NCBI GenBank assembly: GCA_043228905.1
Contig: JBHGNT010000015.1
Coordinates: forward strand, 17,484,001 to 17,548,000
Origin: Azolla caroliniana
Taxonomy: Eukaryota; Plantae; Polypodiophyta
DNA length: 64,000 bases
Direction of reading: 5' to 3'
Part shown: in pieces, positions 1 through 13,371 of the stretch
Numbering within the stretch: position 1 is the first letter of the stretch
Layout of the letters: the number at the start of each line of letters is the position of its first letter
Notes under the pieces: model-generated
Told to the model about the DNA's origin: nothing
The model's database searches: none
What the model saw: the letters and a program-made list of their open reading frames with translations, nothing else
Position numbers and translations under genes: made by a program

Positions 1-64
1 TGCATCTAGAAAATGTATTCTTCAAGAACTTCCTTGGAAAAGAAATCATTCACGTATTTTATAC

Positions 65-3000
65 CTGGAGATGTATGTGAGCACACCAATCTGCCTAAGA
101 TTACCATGCTTTTCAATTTGATTGCACGCCTCATCAACGAACTATAGAGACAAGAAAATGTGAAAATTAGAGTCATGTATATGAGCTGCATGCTTTTATC
201 AATAGAACACCTTTAGAGAAAGACATTTAAACAGCAAACATACTCTGTTAAAGCATTGTGTGATCCTAGATTGCAAATCGACCAAGAGACGCCGAACAAA
301 ACCAGCAGCATCAGCTTTCTGGCTTGACAGAAAGCGTTCGGTTGCCCCTTGCATGGAGATGCATCTTAAAGGGTCTGACTTATATGCCCATTCTACTACC
401 GCATAAAAGTCCTCCTAAATTGAATTTCTTATGAAAGTTTAAAATATGCCATGTGATGGAAATCTACGATCCTCCTGACATTTGAACTAAAATATACCTG
501 AATGCCATCCAGGAGCTCCTCCAAAGCTTTGTTAAGGGAATCAAGTTCTGACGAGTCCTTTCCAACTGCACAGAAAAAGTTATAATGAGCAGTCAAACCA
601 CCCATTCATCAAACCAATTGAACCTGAAGTGATATCACACTTAACGACCATTGGTAGGAGAGCCTGGACTATTTTCTTCATCTTCATCAGAGACCCTTCT
701 ATCATTTGGTCCAGGTGGCACAAGAGGCAACACATCAAAGCACATGAAAGATGCAAAGAATGTGCTCTGTAAACAGAAAAATGAAATACTCAATAGAACT
801 TCTAGAACAGAAAAAAAAACCGCAGAAAAATATGTTCACCTTCACTATCTGCTGGGAAAACTAAATCAAGATCTCAATGAGAAATAAAGGTAAATAAAGA
901 AAATCAGCAAAGGAAGTAAATGAAAAGCCAGAGGTATATGACAGCGAAGAAATATAGCAAGAATCTTAAATGTGTCAGGATCTCAGCATTAGTGGGGGCC
1001 AGATTTTGGCTTAGAACCAACCTTCAGACACTACCTGATTGCACTTGCGGCTTTCACACTATTTTGCATTACTTCAAATTTTCAGTCCTATTTCAGGTTC
1101 TGAAGATTTCAAAAACTGTATATCTGGATTTATGTCTTAAATAGTACCTAATAGTTAGATTTGTAGTTATATTTAATGTCTGAATTTTAGGATTTCAGTT
1201 CTGTTGTAGATGCATTTTGGTTTTATTCTTCAAGCACTCTTGGCAACCACAATTTTCTCAGCTTTTCTTCAGTCAGAGGTATCACAACCACTGAAAAGGT
1301 GTTCCTTCAACTGTACAATGCACAGCAACAGCAAGAGGGTCTCAATTCTCAAAAGACATTCATTGTTTCCAACCTCTATTCTTCATAAACAAAGGTCTGT
1401 CACATCATTGAATGTGTAACCTATTGAAGAATTACATTTTCAGATATATGAAGATTAAAACACGATATATTTGTTTTCTATACTCAAGTCCAGCATTGAA
1501 TTAAACCTGGGCAAAACATTTTAGTGTACTGTTTATACACTCCAGATACAGTAATTTCTCAAGATGGCAATACAAACTGAGGGTGAAGAGCAGAAGAAAA
1601 TGCCATATAGAAGATGAACCATAATCTTAATAAGTTTTTAAACTAAAATAACCTCATCAACCAACAAAGGTATGAATATTCGAAGCATTTTCGCATAGGC
1701 ATCTGAAACTGTAGATGTATCCATACTGCCAGCCCCTTGTCCTTCTAACCATGCTCCCCCTGGATTTAAATTTCGGTTTACCTTGGTGCTTGCCCTTAAT
1801 TCATTCCCAAATTCTCTAGCCTGATAGTACAGAAAACAAAACAAAACAAAACAAATAAACAAATATTATTCAGTCGGTGTCTAAATTATTATTTCATTGA
1901 GCTTAAAATATCATGTTGGCATTCATATTCTCTTGCTTATATAAAGAAATTCACACCTCACGTCTTAGTAGGAAATTTAAGGAATGGCAATATGCCTTCC
2001 GTAGTGGCATCAAAGAGCTTTTCTCAAGATTCTACGAGAACAAAGAAAAAGAGTAAATTGCTGAATGACAGTAAATAGGCTGTCTTGGCAAAAATTTTAA
2101 ATTGAATCATATGGTAGCACACCTTTAAATGTTGAAGCATCCTGGCATATGTGCGACATTTAAATCTTAAATCTGCATGATCTGGTCTTTTAAGTTGTCC
2201 CCTCTAAAAAATGTTTTGGAAGGACAACAATAAAGTTTAGTAGGTGTACATGTAATACATAAAATAACATGCTCAAATCCAGTACCATAGAGAAATAGGT
2301 TTTGTCATTGATCATGAAATCTACTAGACTGGAAAAATAATTTCGTAGGAACTCCGATGCCCTCTTTACAAATGTTGACTTCAGCATCTCCAGTTCTGCC
2401 CGTTTTTCTTTTACCTGTGCTTAATGCAACACATGAACATTTATATAAATTCAAGAGCACAGACCAAGATTTCCCACGCATGGGTTCAAAAAATACGCCA
2501 AACTCCTCAGGGAAACAAAATAGAAAATGGAAACACAAAACATACATAGATATTTAGAAACATACACAGGATTCAGGTCAGGCAATTAAGGCAGGGATAT
2601 TAAGTTTTCTTCAATAAAAGACACTACAGCAACACTAAGGGACACAAGTTTTAAAATAATGGCTGATCGATTCAATGAATAAGAAACAGTCTTCCTTTAG
2701 GAGCTTGGTGAGTGTAAACATAAGAGAATTCAGCATAGTCATTGATTAGAGAGAAACTTTATGAAATGTCCCTAGAAGAAGTAAATACAACTGTACTTAC
2801 TGCCCGCATGTTCATGTAGCAGTTATCCAAACGGGGTGGTTCCAGAGAACATAATGTTTGTGTCAACCATTCACATGCCTCCACGTTTTGTGGCATACGA
2901 GCCTCCTCGAATGATCCCACAGTCAATGACGACACATACTGAATAGAAATGAATCGATTTATTGATTAAGTGGGAGAATGGACATAAATTGAGCTACAAA

Positions 3001-6000
3001 ATGGCTTGCCTCATTTGGTATCCTTAACCGGTCCAACAGTTTGTTCAATTCCTCAACAAGTGCAGTGTTATTAACAGCTTGCATATCCAATTTATTGTTC
3101 CTCGTTTCAATCTGGGACAATCCTTTAGAATCTTCAATTTTATATGTTCACAAAGCTATCCTCAACATCTACAAATAATATATATTGAAGTCAGCCTATG
3201 ACAATGAGCGTCCTCTTCTTACACACCGATTGAATATCTTCACGCATATGTTTCAGCTTCACATTGAATATCCGAAGCCATTCATCAAGATCATCAACGC
3301 TGGAGGCAGCCATATTCAGCTGGTACAACACCTGCAAATAGCTTGTGTTCTCAATAGTAAACAAACAAATAAGATGCAAACATGTGATCAGAAGCATACC
3401 TCGTCCACAAGTGGCTGGCTCTCTAAAATAGAATGAACATTTGCAGCTTCTAATGCAACAAGCTCTCGCTTCAACCTCTCAGAAAATGCTTCTGCTTCAT
3501 CAATGCCCATTAGATACCTGTGAATTTAGAAATGGCAAGTTCAAGTGGCTACAGTAAGCTCCAGTGGCTACAGTATAGAATATCTGTTACAAGCATTATC
3601 CGCCTAGAACAACCGCAAAGCAAAAACAATTCATTTCTATCCAGTTCTGTTCTTTTGATATGGCTCCCAACTGTTTGTGAACCTTGCAATCAGGATTAAT
3701 CACAGCTATTTGTACCCTCATAATGCCCAGGAAAAAAGAAAGATCTGTTAATGTCTTTTGAGAGGCCAAAATGGCCTATGAGATTGAACAAGTCATTACA
3801 TTTTAAAATGTTGTCTCATATGTGAGGGCAATAAACAAATATAACTAAATTAATAAAACTGCCAAAAAATGTTAAGCATTTGAGCTTAGATGAACTGAAA
3901 CTGCCAAAGGTATGAGATAATCTCATGAGAAAGAAAGTTATATTAAACGTCTGTGAAGAGGGCAAAATAGCCTATGAAGTAAACCATGATAATAAATATG
4001 GGTGAATTCAAGTATTTTATCCTTAAACAGAAAATAAAGCCTCTAAATGAACAAGGGAAACCTGAATTCCATGTTATTAACATGTAATGTGAGTCGAATC
4101 ATGTTTGAAATTATTCAAAGAACTAGAATTTTTTAATTTATAGAGCATGAAATCTATATCTGAAAACTCACCTATATTGTCAGTTATCATTTTTCAAGTA
4201 CTTTAATATCACTGAAAATACAGATAAGAATAAAGATATCAGACATGGAGGCACATACGTATCGAGTAGCGCTTCCATATCTTCTTCTTCTGCCTTTGAA
4301 ACTAGATCCCTCTCCATAGTTATTGTTGTCTCCTTTAAGCCATCTGAAGGGATAACGATTTCAATATCACGAGACGCTGCCAGTGGAAGTGCCTTGGCAT
4401 TTTCCTGTACATGGAAAAGGCAGTACGAGTCATAGCACTAAATTGGATACTAGTAAGTAGAAGAGAAGCAATTCCCTCCCTAGACCCACGTAGAAGTCTA
4501 GGGAGGGAATTGATGCTAAAAGCAAAATATGAACTCACAAAAATGCAAAACTTCAAACCTGCGCCCAAAGAGCCATTTCTACCACATCCATGCCAATTAT
4601 CTTAGGCCAGCGGCCAAGATTTTCTTTGCATAGTTTTAAAATGCAAGTCAAGAACCTATTTCTGTTGATAGAATACCAAAGAAATCCAACCAAAATTTAA
4701 GAAAAATACCAGCTTTGATGAAACCACTCACAACAGAAACTGACTTCACCTGTCATCAACACTCCGCATGGTCCATTGTGGAGGAGACACACTTTGATTT
4801 TTCAGGTTGTCAAATCCCTAGAGATAAAATAAACTGACATATAAGATAAAATTATCCTTGTGGATGTATTAACCCACAAGACAGAGAAAGTATAGAGAAT
4901 TACCAATATGAATGTACAGCCAGTAGAATCACTTGGTACAGCTTCAATCCTGATAAGATGCTTTAGTTTATATACTTTTGCTGGCTAAATCAATTCCAAA
5001 GCCCATGTATGGTAAGTTCATTGTTTAACCAATCTTCATATTCTCATGACAGTATTTCCATAGTTGATGATATACCTGAAACCCACGAGATGAAATCTTC
5101 AACACTTGAAGATTTACCTTGAACTTCTGAGTGGTTTCTGATCGTTTTGCTGCATCAAAAGCTTGGAACTTTAGAATGTGTATGTGGAAGTGAATAAATG
5201 AGTTAAAGAAAGAGAGAAAATACATCTTAACGTCTTTTAAGAGGCCAAAATGGCTATAAGACCAAACAAGAGATTACATCTTAAGCGTTGTCTCGTCTTT
5301 GAGAACAAATCAAAGTAAAAAGGAAGGTAAATAAGATAAAACGAAACTAAAGAATCTTGTTATCGGTACATGTAAGATTCTCAAGTCATATATATTGTAA
5401 TTTTTGTCTTTGAAAAATCTCTAGCATAGGTTGATCCAGAATGGAGTGTTCTCCAAACCAAGGGAGGCACCTACAATGGCAGGATATTATGGCCTTTATT
5501 TATCGAGATCGCAGTCCATGGGGCCAGGGCCTACGTGCACGACATATTACTATTGCCCAATCTATTGAACCCCTACGTTATGTCCTAGTCGGGAGCCCAT
5601 TTGTGTAGCCCTTGATTGACTGGTAATGAGGAGTGATGGGTCTAAAGAAAGTTACAACCAAATCAGCAATGTTCATTGCACCGAACACAATTTGCTTGAT
5701 TTGGGATGGGAGGGGCAGTTGATAACTCATGGACATATTGGAAGTAAGCGGGATTATCACATGGACATGCAAGTCTTGTCCAAACATTTGCTTCATTGGA
5801 TCTCAATCTACGTTGCGGACTCTTAGCTGCTAGGGTTTCCCCTCTATTTTTCTACACAGTTTTTCTACTTTCTCTCTCCTCACACACAGCCCAATTCCTT
5901 AGTGTTTTGGATCTAACCACGCCATCACATCATCTCTCTTTCAACTAGTATCAGAGTGAGGTTTCATTGCCAAGAATTTCTGACTCAAGTGATTGGCACA

Positions 6001-9000
6001 GGACAACATAAGTACTTTTTTTGGTGAAATTGTTTTTAAACCATTGAGTGCAAACATGATCACTACCTCCTCTGATCTCAAGGCTTATTCAAGATCAAGA
6101 GATTTGAAGGTAGTGGTTTTGATTTATGGAAAGAGAGAATGTTAGGAATTCTCTTTCTTAAAGATAGTGAACGGGCACTTCTTGCAGTCAAACCTGAAGA
6201 TATGATAAATGTAGCACTTCTCTTTCAATGTATTTGTTCAACACGTTGATAGTGAGAAAACCTACAGAAACCTGAGAATTTGCTGGAACCACTAATATAT
6301 TGCTAAAAAACACTTGTTTTAGCCTGAAAATCACCTAAAAACAACTTGTTATGGACTGTTGAGATGCCTAAGAAGTTCCTCGAAGCTCTAGAGCAAGGTT
6401 CTTCGCAATGAAACTAAAGATTATCGCGATAGAACACCTTTTCTTTGTTGTACAGTACCTATGCAACAATTTTGAAACCCTAAATCAGCTCTGATACCAG
6501 TTGAAAGGGACAAAAATGATGTCGATAGAGTAGAGGAACCCGCGGGAATCACCAAGGTATGGGCGCTTTAGATGGTAGTGCGATGACTAAAATGGAGAGC
6601 GCAGCAATTGGAGGAGCTCACCTTTTTGGAAGGAAATCCAAATGTTCTAAACTTATGTTTTATATTACCCATTTAGTATTAGCCAAGTTCACACTGAACT
6701 TGGCCCAAAAATAAAGAATAAGTGATAAGTGACTTTTGGCTTTTCTAATTAGGCCTACACACATGTATACAATATAATGGGATCATTTACGGCCTTTACC
6801 CCAACACAAGGCTGGTTGCTAAGGGATATCCCAAAAATAAGGCATTGATTTCCACGAGGTTTTCTCCCCAATGGTTACGATGACCACACTACGTGTCTTT
6901 TTGCTCTCACAGCTGCCTTGGATTCGGAATTATTCCAAATGGATGTTAAAACAGACTTTTTAGATTTTTTATCCGCCACTGCGACATGAGTAGATGACTC
7001 AGTATATCTAGGAATTAAGGGCAAACCGACCCACTTTTGTACGTAAACCGGGTCGGGGTTTCACGCAAGCTAAAAAAAGGTTTCATGCTCTGTTTCACTC
7101 CCCGATTGGTTGGGCCAAGCGGGTTCTCCGTAATAGTTGTTCCATGGTTATTTAGACAAAGAGCTGTACATGAAACAACCAGAACAATATGCCATTCCTA
7201 GAAAAGAACATTTGATATGCAAGTGAAAAGGAGCTTATATGGGTTGATTCAGGCCCCCAAGCAATGGTTAAGAAGTTTGATGCATTTATGCTCAAACATG
7301 GGTTCAAAGGAAGCCCTGCAGACCACTATTTGTACACTAAAAAGGACGAAGATGGTAGCCCAATTATTCTCATACTGTATATAGATGATATGCTGCTGGC
7401 AGGGAAGAAAAAGAGCACACTGAATGCTCTAAGACAGCAGTTGAACTCTACAATGTCAATGAAAGACCTTGGGGACGCTGAGCATATTCTTAGTATGCGA
7501 ATAAAAAGGGAAAAGTACATTGAGAAAGTGTTGGACAGATAAAGTTGTTAGCAGGTTCATGGTTAATCCTGATAGAGCTCATTACGAGGCAATCAAATCT
7601 ATCTTGAGATATTTGAAAGCGACCAAAAGTAAATGCCTATGTTATGGAAATGGTCCATTAGAGTTAAAAGGATTTTGTGATCCAGACATGGCAGGTGATG
7701 TGGAAACACACATGTCCACAAGTGGCAATGTATATACCGTAGCAAGTGGAGCTATTTTATGGTGCTCAAGACTTCAAAGGGTAGTTGCACTATGTACTAC
7801 AGGGGCTGAATATATTTTAGCAATAGAGGCCTCCAAAAAAGCCATTTGGTTAGCCCGCTTGTGCAGTGACTTTGGGATGTCTAAAAAGGCACTTATTCTT
7901 GGATGTGATAGCTAGAGTGCCATATATTTGGCAAAGAATGTAATGTTTCATGCTCGCACAAAGCATAATGATGTGAGATACCACTTCTCAAAGAAGTGCT
8001 AGAGGATGGCCTAATCCCTTTCATCAAGGTCAATACTTCACAAAATCTTGCAGATGCTCTCACAAAGTGTCTACCCAAGGCACAACATCAACTATGTGTA
8101 GAGATGGTGGGAGTTACTTAGCTTAACGAAGCCTTCTTGGTCCTTTAAGTGGGAGGTTATTTGGAATAAAGGCCCCAAGGCTCTCCTTTTTTAGTATTTT
8201 TTACCCTTCCATGTGAAAGTTCTCTTCAAGAGCTTTCTAGACATACGTTTACTATATCTTAGGCTCCAATTTGAGAGGTTATAGGCATTTACATTATTTT
8301 TATAAGTTTGGGTCATTGGTTGTGTGTGAACATGCCAAAATGACCTAAAAGTTATTTATCAATAATAATTGGTCCAAACCTCTCATAATGAATTCTACTT
8401 TCTCTCTTTTTATATTTGCCGAAAACCAGATTCCCTCATCTCTTTTTATCTTATATACTTTTATATTTACGAAGTATTACTTATGTACTCTTTTTTTTTG
8501 TTCTCAAAGACAAGACAACACTTACGATGTGATTTATTGTTTGGTCTTATAGGCCATTTTGGCCTCTTAAAAGACGTTAATATTTCTTTCTTTCTTTCTT
8601 TCTTTCTCCTCACACAGCTGCCCACTCCCATAGTGTTTTGGATCTAACCACACCATCACGCCATCTCTCTTTCAAAGGTGAAGATTAATTACAAATGAAA
8701 AAATCATTGTTCAACTCAGCAAGAAGATATTCCATTTGGTTTGGAACCAATTCCAAATAATGTAGATCATTGGGTTAGGAGATCAACATGTTTGAAGCAT
8801 CCAACCCAAAGGTATGATCCATCTCTTCATCAAATTCTTTTAACAGATGAAGTGGAGTGTCTCACTCTTAAGGAGAGTAGGACATGTGAGCATTCTAACA
8901 AGTGGGAGGTTGCTATGCGAAAGGAGATCAAAGCACTCCATGAGAATAACACGTGGGATATTGTGGATCTACCCAAAGGTGAAAAGGCTATGCCTAACAA

Positions 9001-12000
9001 GTTGTTCTACAAGGTAACGACTCTAGAAGGTAAAGCCAAGTATAAGGCTCATTTGGTAGCCAAAGGGTACAAACAATTACAAGGAAGCAATTTTCTGAAG
9101 GTTTTTGTTCCAATAGTCAAAATGACTACACTTAGGACACTTTTCACTATTTCAGCCTTTTTGGATTTGGACTTATATCAAATAGATGTAAAGACTGCTT
9201 TCCTTCATGGAAGCCTAGATGAGCTTTATCTGTTGCATCCTAAAGGGTTCATGATTCTAGGAGGAGAGAATCTAATTTGTAAGTTTTGACATAGGCTCCA
9301 TGTGCTAACACAATCCCCACCCCTATGGAATAAGACATTGGACTCTTTCATGCTCTCAAACGCCTTCACTAATGGGAACTATGAAGTAAGACACGTCCTT
9401 GTCTCTATATGAAAAAGGAAACTAATGGCAGTCCTCTTATTTTGGTTTTGTATGTTGAAGACATGCTCATTGTCGGAAAGCCTAAAACAACTTTGCAGGA
9501 ATTAAAATGCAAACTCAAACTGCATTTTCCATGAAAGAACTTGGAAAAGCTAAGCACATTCTTGGCATAAGAATCAAACGGGACAGACAAAGAACTTACT
9601 ACATGTGTCCTCGGAGAAGTACAACGAGAAGGTATTGGAATGATTTCAATACCTTCTCTATATGAAAAAAGACACTAATAATGGCAGTCCTATTATTTTG
9701 GTTTTGTATGTTGAAGACATGCTCATTGCCGGAAAGCCTAAAACAACTTTGCAGGAATTAAAATGCAAACTCAAACTGCATTTTCCATGAAAGAACTCGG
9801 AAAAGCTAAGCACATTCTTGGGATAAGAATCAAACGGGACAGACAAAGAACTTACTACCTGTGTCCCTAGACAAGTACAACGAGAAGGTATTGGAATGAT
9901 TTCAGATGATTGATGCAAAGCCATCTTCAGTGCCTCTTCAACCACAAGTAACTCTTTGATAAGCATATTGTCCCAAACACAAAGAGGAAACAAGACTATC
10001 CTTAAACATCTCAAAGGAACTAAGGAACAATGCATTTGTTATGGCAAAGGGAACTTGAATCTTCATGGCTATTGTGATTCTGATATGGCTGGAGATGTGA
10101 ACACAAGAAAATCTACTCAAGGTAACATCTATACTCTCGCGAGGGAGCTATTTCATGGTGTTCACAGTTGCAACAAATTGTTGCACTCTCGACTACATAT
10201 GCCGAGTATATCTCAGCTGCCGAGCATTCTAAGGAGGCCATTTGGTAACTCTCTTGTGTACTAAGATTGGACTCCCAAAGCAAATTCCCGTCCTATATTG
10301 TGATAACCAAAGTGCCATATGTTAAGCAAAGAACCCTGGTCACCATGCAAGGACTGAACATATTAATATTCGCTATCACTTCTAGAGAGGTGATAGAGGA
10401 TGGTCAAATCCAACAAGTACAGATTGATGCCACCGAGAATCCAGCAGGTTGTTAAACAAAGTGTTTATCAAAGCCACTTCACCAACACTACCTTGAGTAA
10501 GTCGGAGTTATCTAGTAGAGTAACCTAGCTCCTTTAAGTGGGAGTTTTTTGGGATTAAAGGCCCTTAGGCTGCTCCTATTAAACTAGAAAGACATTTATA
10601 TATGATTTAACATTTTCTGATTTTTTAGAGCTGTACAGTCGTGTTTTCAGAACTGTACTACAACTTCTAAGAGAATATTTTGTACACTGAATGGCATCCT
10701 GGAGCAAGATTAACACTCAGCATTAAAATAGGTATCTGTGAGGCCATGACTTAGTTGTCCCATCAGCATATAAAGCTCTTCTTCTACAAGCATGTTCTAT
10801 AGAACTGTACTACAACTTCTAAGAGAATATTTTGTACACTAAATGGCATCCTGGAGCAAGATTAACACTCAGCATTAAAATAGGTATTTGTGAGGCCATG
10901 ACTTAGTTGTCCCATCAGCATATAAAGCTCTTCTTCTACAAGCATGTTCTATGTATCTTGAATAGCACATATATATGTCTCTGCAATCCTATCTTGTACG
11001 CTTTTTAAGTTGTGGGCTTTTGTTTTGCAGAAATGCTTCTGTTTTCTTTAATTTCTCCTATGTGTTAAAACTCATAATTATTTTTACTTTCTATATTTCT
11101 GCCTTTAGATATTTTAGAAAACTGTCATTCTGTCTTCTACTTCTTTATACATAGGAGGGTGATTAGGACATTTAAAGTTTTCACTTCATTCAATGCAAAA
11201 GGCATCTCTCCTTCAGAAAGCCAAATGATGAGCTTTAATACACACAAAGTGTGTGATTGAGCTTGTAATCTCAACAATACACAAACAACGATCTTCACAC
11301 AACAAAATTGTATTCCTACGATCCTATAATATTTCCAAATGATAAGATCGGCCCCCAAACTCCTAGATTAGTGACATACTTCCTGGAAAATTACTGTAAT
11401 ATCATTAATTGCCTTCTACGGTTTACCTATTTTCACCTTAACACCTACTTCACAGTCAGCATGCTTACTTCGTTATGTTGAATATGTTGGTTCAACTGAA
11501 GGATTGAGAAATTAGTTGAATCACAATGTGTGTGACTGAGCTTGTAATCTCAACAATACACAAACGAAGATCTTCGCACAACATAACTATGTTCCTAAGA
11601 TCCTACAATATTTCCAAATGATAGAGCGCCCCAACAAATTCCTCGATTCATGACATACCTCCAAAGGTCAATCCAGGACATTACTGTAATATTATTATTG
11701 CTTTTTATGGCTTGCCTATTTTTACCGTAACACCTACTTCACAGTCAGCATCTTACTTCATTATGTTGTATATGTTGGTTAAAATGAAGGATTGAGAACT
11801 TAGCTATGATTGGGGGAACCCTATAGGAAGTTAGGTGAGGCATATCCCAACTTTTCTAGGAGCTACTGCTCCCATCTTGAGGATCTTGCAGACAGCCAAC
11901 TACTCTCAGTTAGGTCTCTTCCCTTTCCACTTTTTACACCTTGAGGTTTCTCACTCTTGGACATAGCCTTCTGACTTTCTTTCTTTTTATTCGAAGCCGT

Positions 12001-12850
12001 GTTTCTATTCACTATGTTCTGTCACGTTCTTCTGCTTTCACTATAATAGAAATTAGGCGTCTATAGCTTTTGGGTTCTACAATATGACCATGATGATTTA
12101 TACACATTTTCAGCAGATCCATGATATGATGGGAATGCAGCTGAATTGATATCGAAACAATGACAGCCTATCATGGGAACGTAGCCAAATTGATGTCATG
12201 CAAATTCAGCTGAATTGATCTATTGAGACCCATATCATTATATGATGAAGGAGCATTGTGTGTGTTTGATATAACACAAACCAGAAAACTAATACTAGTT
12301 GAAGAAAAACCCAAGTAAAATATGGAGAAATCTTGGAAGATCAATCTAGAGAAACCAAATTGCTATATCAAAAGGACTACTTGGTTCAGAAATAAAATAA
12401 AACAATAAAACTACCAGATAGAACTTCAATAAAATTTAAATAAAGTGTAGATGTACAACTCTGGGGCAATAGATAAAAAAAACAGAAATACTTACACAGA
12501 CAGAGCGTACTGTTTTGATGCAGAAAAAACAGAAATTGATAAAAATTGACAGAGATACTCAATAGAAAAATTTATTTGGAGTTATAGATCTAGAAAACCC
12601 AGCTGGCTAGGTATACTACAATATGACATATACATTGAGAGAGAGAGAGAGAGAGAGATAAACGGAAGATGCACTTACTTGTGAGGGCAAACACTCTCTG
12701 TTTGGAGGAGAGGCTACTGCTGCTGCTTTTGCGAGCAGGAACGACGCTGAAACGACTGCTCTTGGAGACTCGGAAAGCCATGAGGACTCTGTTGTCTGTG
12801 TCTCTGAAGGTCGCCTCCGCCAGGCGGAGAAGCTCTGCATCCTCCGCCAT
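65..12850 (-). CDS. SEC3: Exocyst complex component SEC3, 5' part, 18 exons: 12850-12679, 5149-5076, 4984-4904, 4817-4750, 4661-4559, 4404-4259, 3517-3400, 3331-3227, 3111-3010, 2938-2801, 2414-2286, 2203-2123, 2031-1957, 1820-1653, 766-649, 565-498, 414-244, 141-65. Gene continues past position 1.
   Basis: Exons splice in phase at GT/AG sites (one GC donor). They give plant SEC3 peptides I recognise: [153 protein letters not shown]. Confidence 0.95.
2939..3009 (-). other. GC-AG intron (intron 9) of SEC3
   Basis: Donor reads GAG|GCAAGC and acceptor TTCAG|TAT. The junction gives RLRIPNE-YVSSL, colinear with known SEC3 RLRVPSE-YAASL. Confidence 0.85.
5850..8675 (+). mobile_element. Decayed Ty1/Copia element (family K): LTR end ~5945, degenerate iMet PBS 5946-5957, gag start, RT/RNase H remnants ~6810-8120, PPT ~8147, 3' LTR ~8158-8675
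   Basis: TAGTATCAGAG follows ...ctctctttcaac, and the same LTR tail recurs at 8590-8675. ORF pieces [18 protein letters not shown] and SKKAIWL. Confidence 0.75.
6220..6806 (-). mobile_element. Opposite-orientation Copia 5' fragment (LTR ~6501-6806, PBS ~6489-6500)
   Basis: gctctgatacca (reverse complement of the iMet PBS) lies beside ttgaaaggga. The segment ends ggcctttaccccaaca, the reverse complement of an LTR start TGTTGGGGTAAAGGCC. Confidence 0.6.
8680..10580 (+). mobile_element. Second decayed Copia RT/RNase H fragment with a ~253-bp internal tandem duplication (9405-9905), ending in PPT and LTR start ~10537-10580
   Basis: ORF 8741-9289 has [21 protein letters not shown] and [11 protein letters not shown]; YCDSDMAGD at ~10070. 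Confidence 0.8.
10649..10951. repeat. Near-perfect direct tandem duplication, ~152-bp unit x2
   Basis: agaactgtactacaacttctaagagaat... starts at 10649 and again at 10801. Confidence 0.85.
11250..11800. repeat. Diverged direct tandem duplication, ~280-bp unit x2
   Basis: gagcttgtaatctcaacaatacacaaac...taacacctacttcacagtcagcat occurs twice. Confidence 0.8.
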
Positions 12851-12857
12851 CGCTCAA

Positions 12858-12979
12858 CTCTCTCTGTCTCTCTCTCTCTCTAAATCTCTGTCTCTCTCTC
12901 TCTAACTCTCTAACTCTCTAACTCTCTCTATCCTCCGCCATCGCTCAACTCTCTCTCTCTCTCACTCTCTCTCTCTCTA

Positions 12980-13014
<35 letters not shown>

Positions 13015-13055
13015 CTCTCTCTCTAACTCTCTATGTCTCTCTCTCTCTCTCTCTA
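12858..13055. repeat. (CT/GA)n microsatellite tract in the SEC3 5' leader/promoter
   Basis: Interrupted ctctct runs directly upstream of the ATG; a further GA run lies at 12637-12658 in intron 1. Confidence 0.9.
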
Positions 13056-13371
13056 AATGCCTTAAAAACTATTTTGTATGGACAAAGATTTGTCAATCAA
13101 CATGAATAAAACCATAGATTGACACATGCGTGATATTCGTGATATTCTTCATGCGCAATATTCCCAATATTCGAGAATACGACGGTGTAGATCGCTCAGT
13201 CGAGACCACGTGCGATCTGCACCGTCTAATCTGGATAAATAAAATGTGCTAATAAAAAGACTGCCAGCAGTCGCCTGACTCTGGTAAGCTTTGTCGCTCG
13301 ACTCAAATCAGTCGCTCGACCAACTCAAAGGCAGATGCCTGACTTGAATGCAACTCAAAGGATGAGAAGCA

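Larger units (their letters stand above)
5150..12678 (-). other. SEC3 intron 1 (7529 bp), expanded by decayed Copia insertions and local tandem duplications
   Basis: GTAAGT donor at 12678 and TGCAG acceptor at 5150; phases match (172 nt + 74 nt). Confidence 0.85.

Noticed and set aside
5226-8580. Apparent terminal inverted repeats (gaggccaaaatggc..taagacc; also at ~3750 and ~15620)
   Set aside because: The 8490-8580 copy is internal to the family K 3' LTR and homology extends beyond it, so these look like scattered LTR remnants rather than a DNA transposon.
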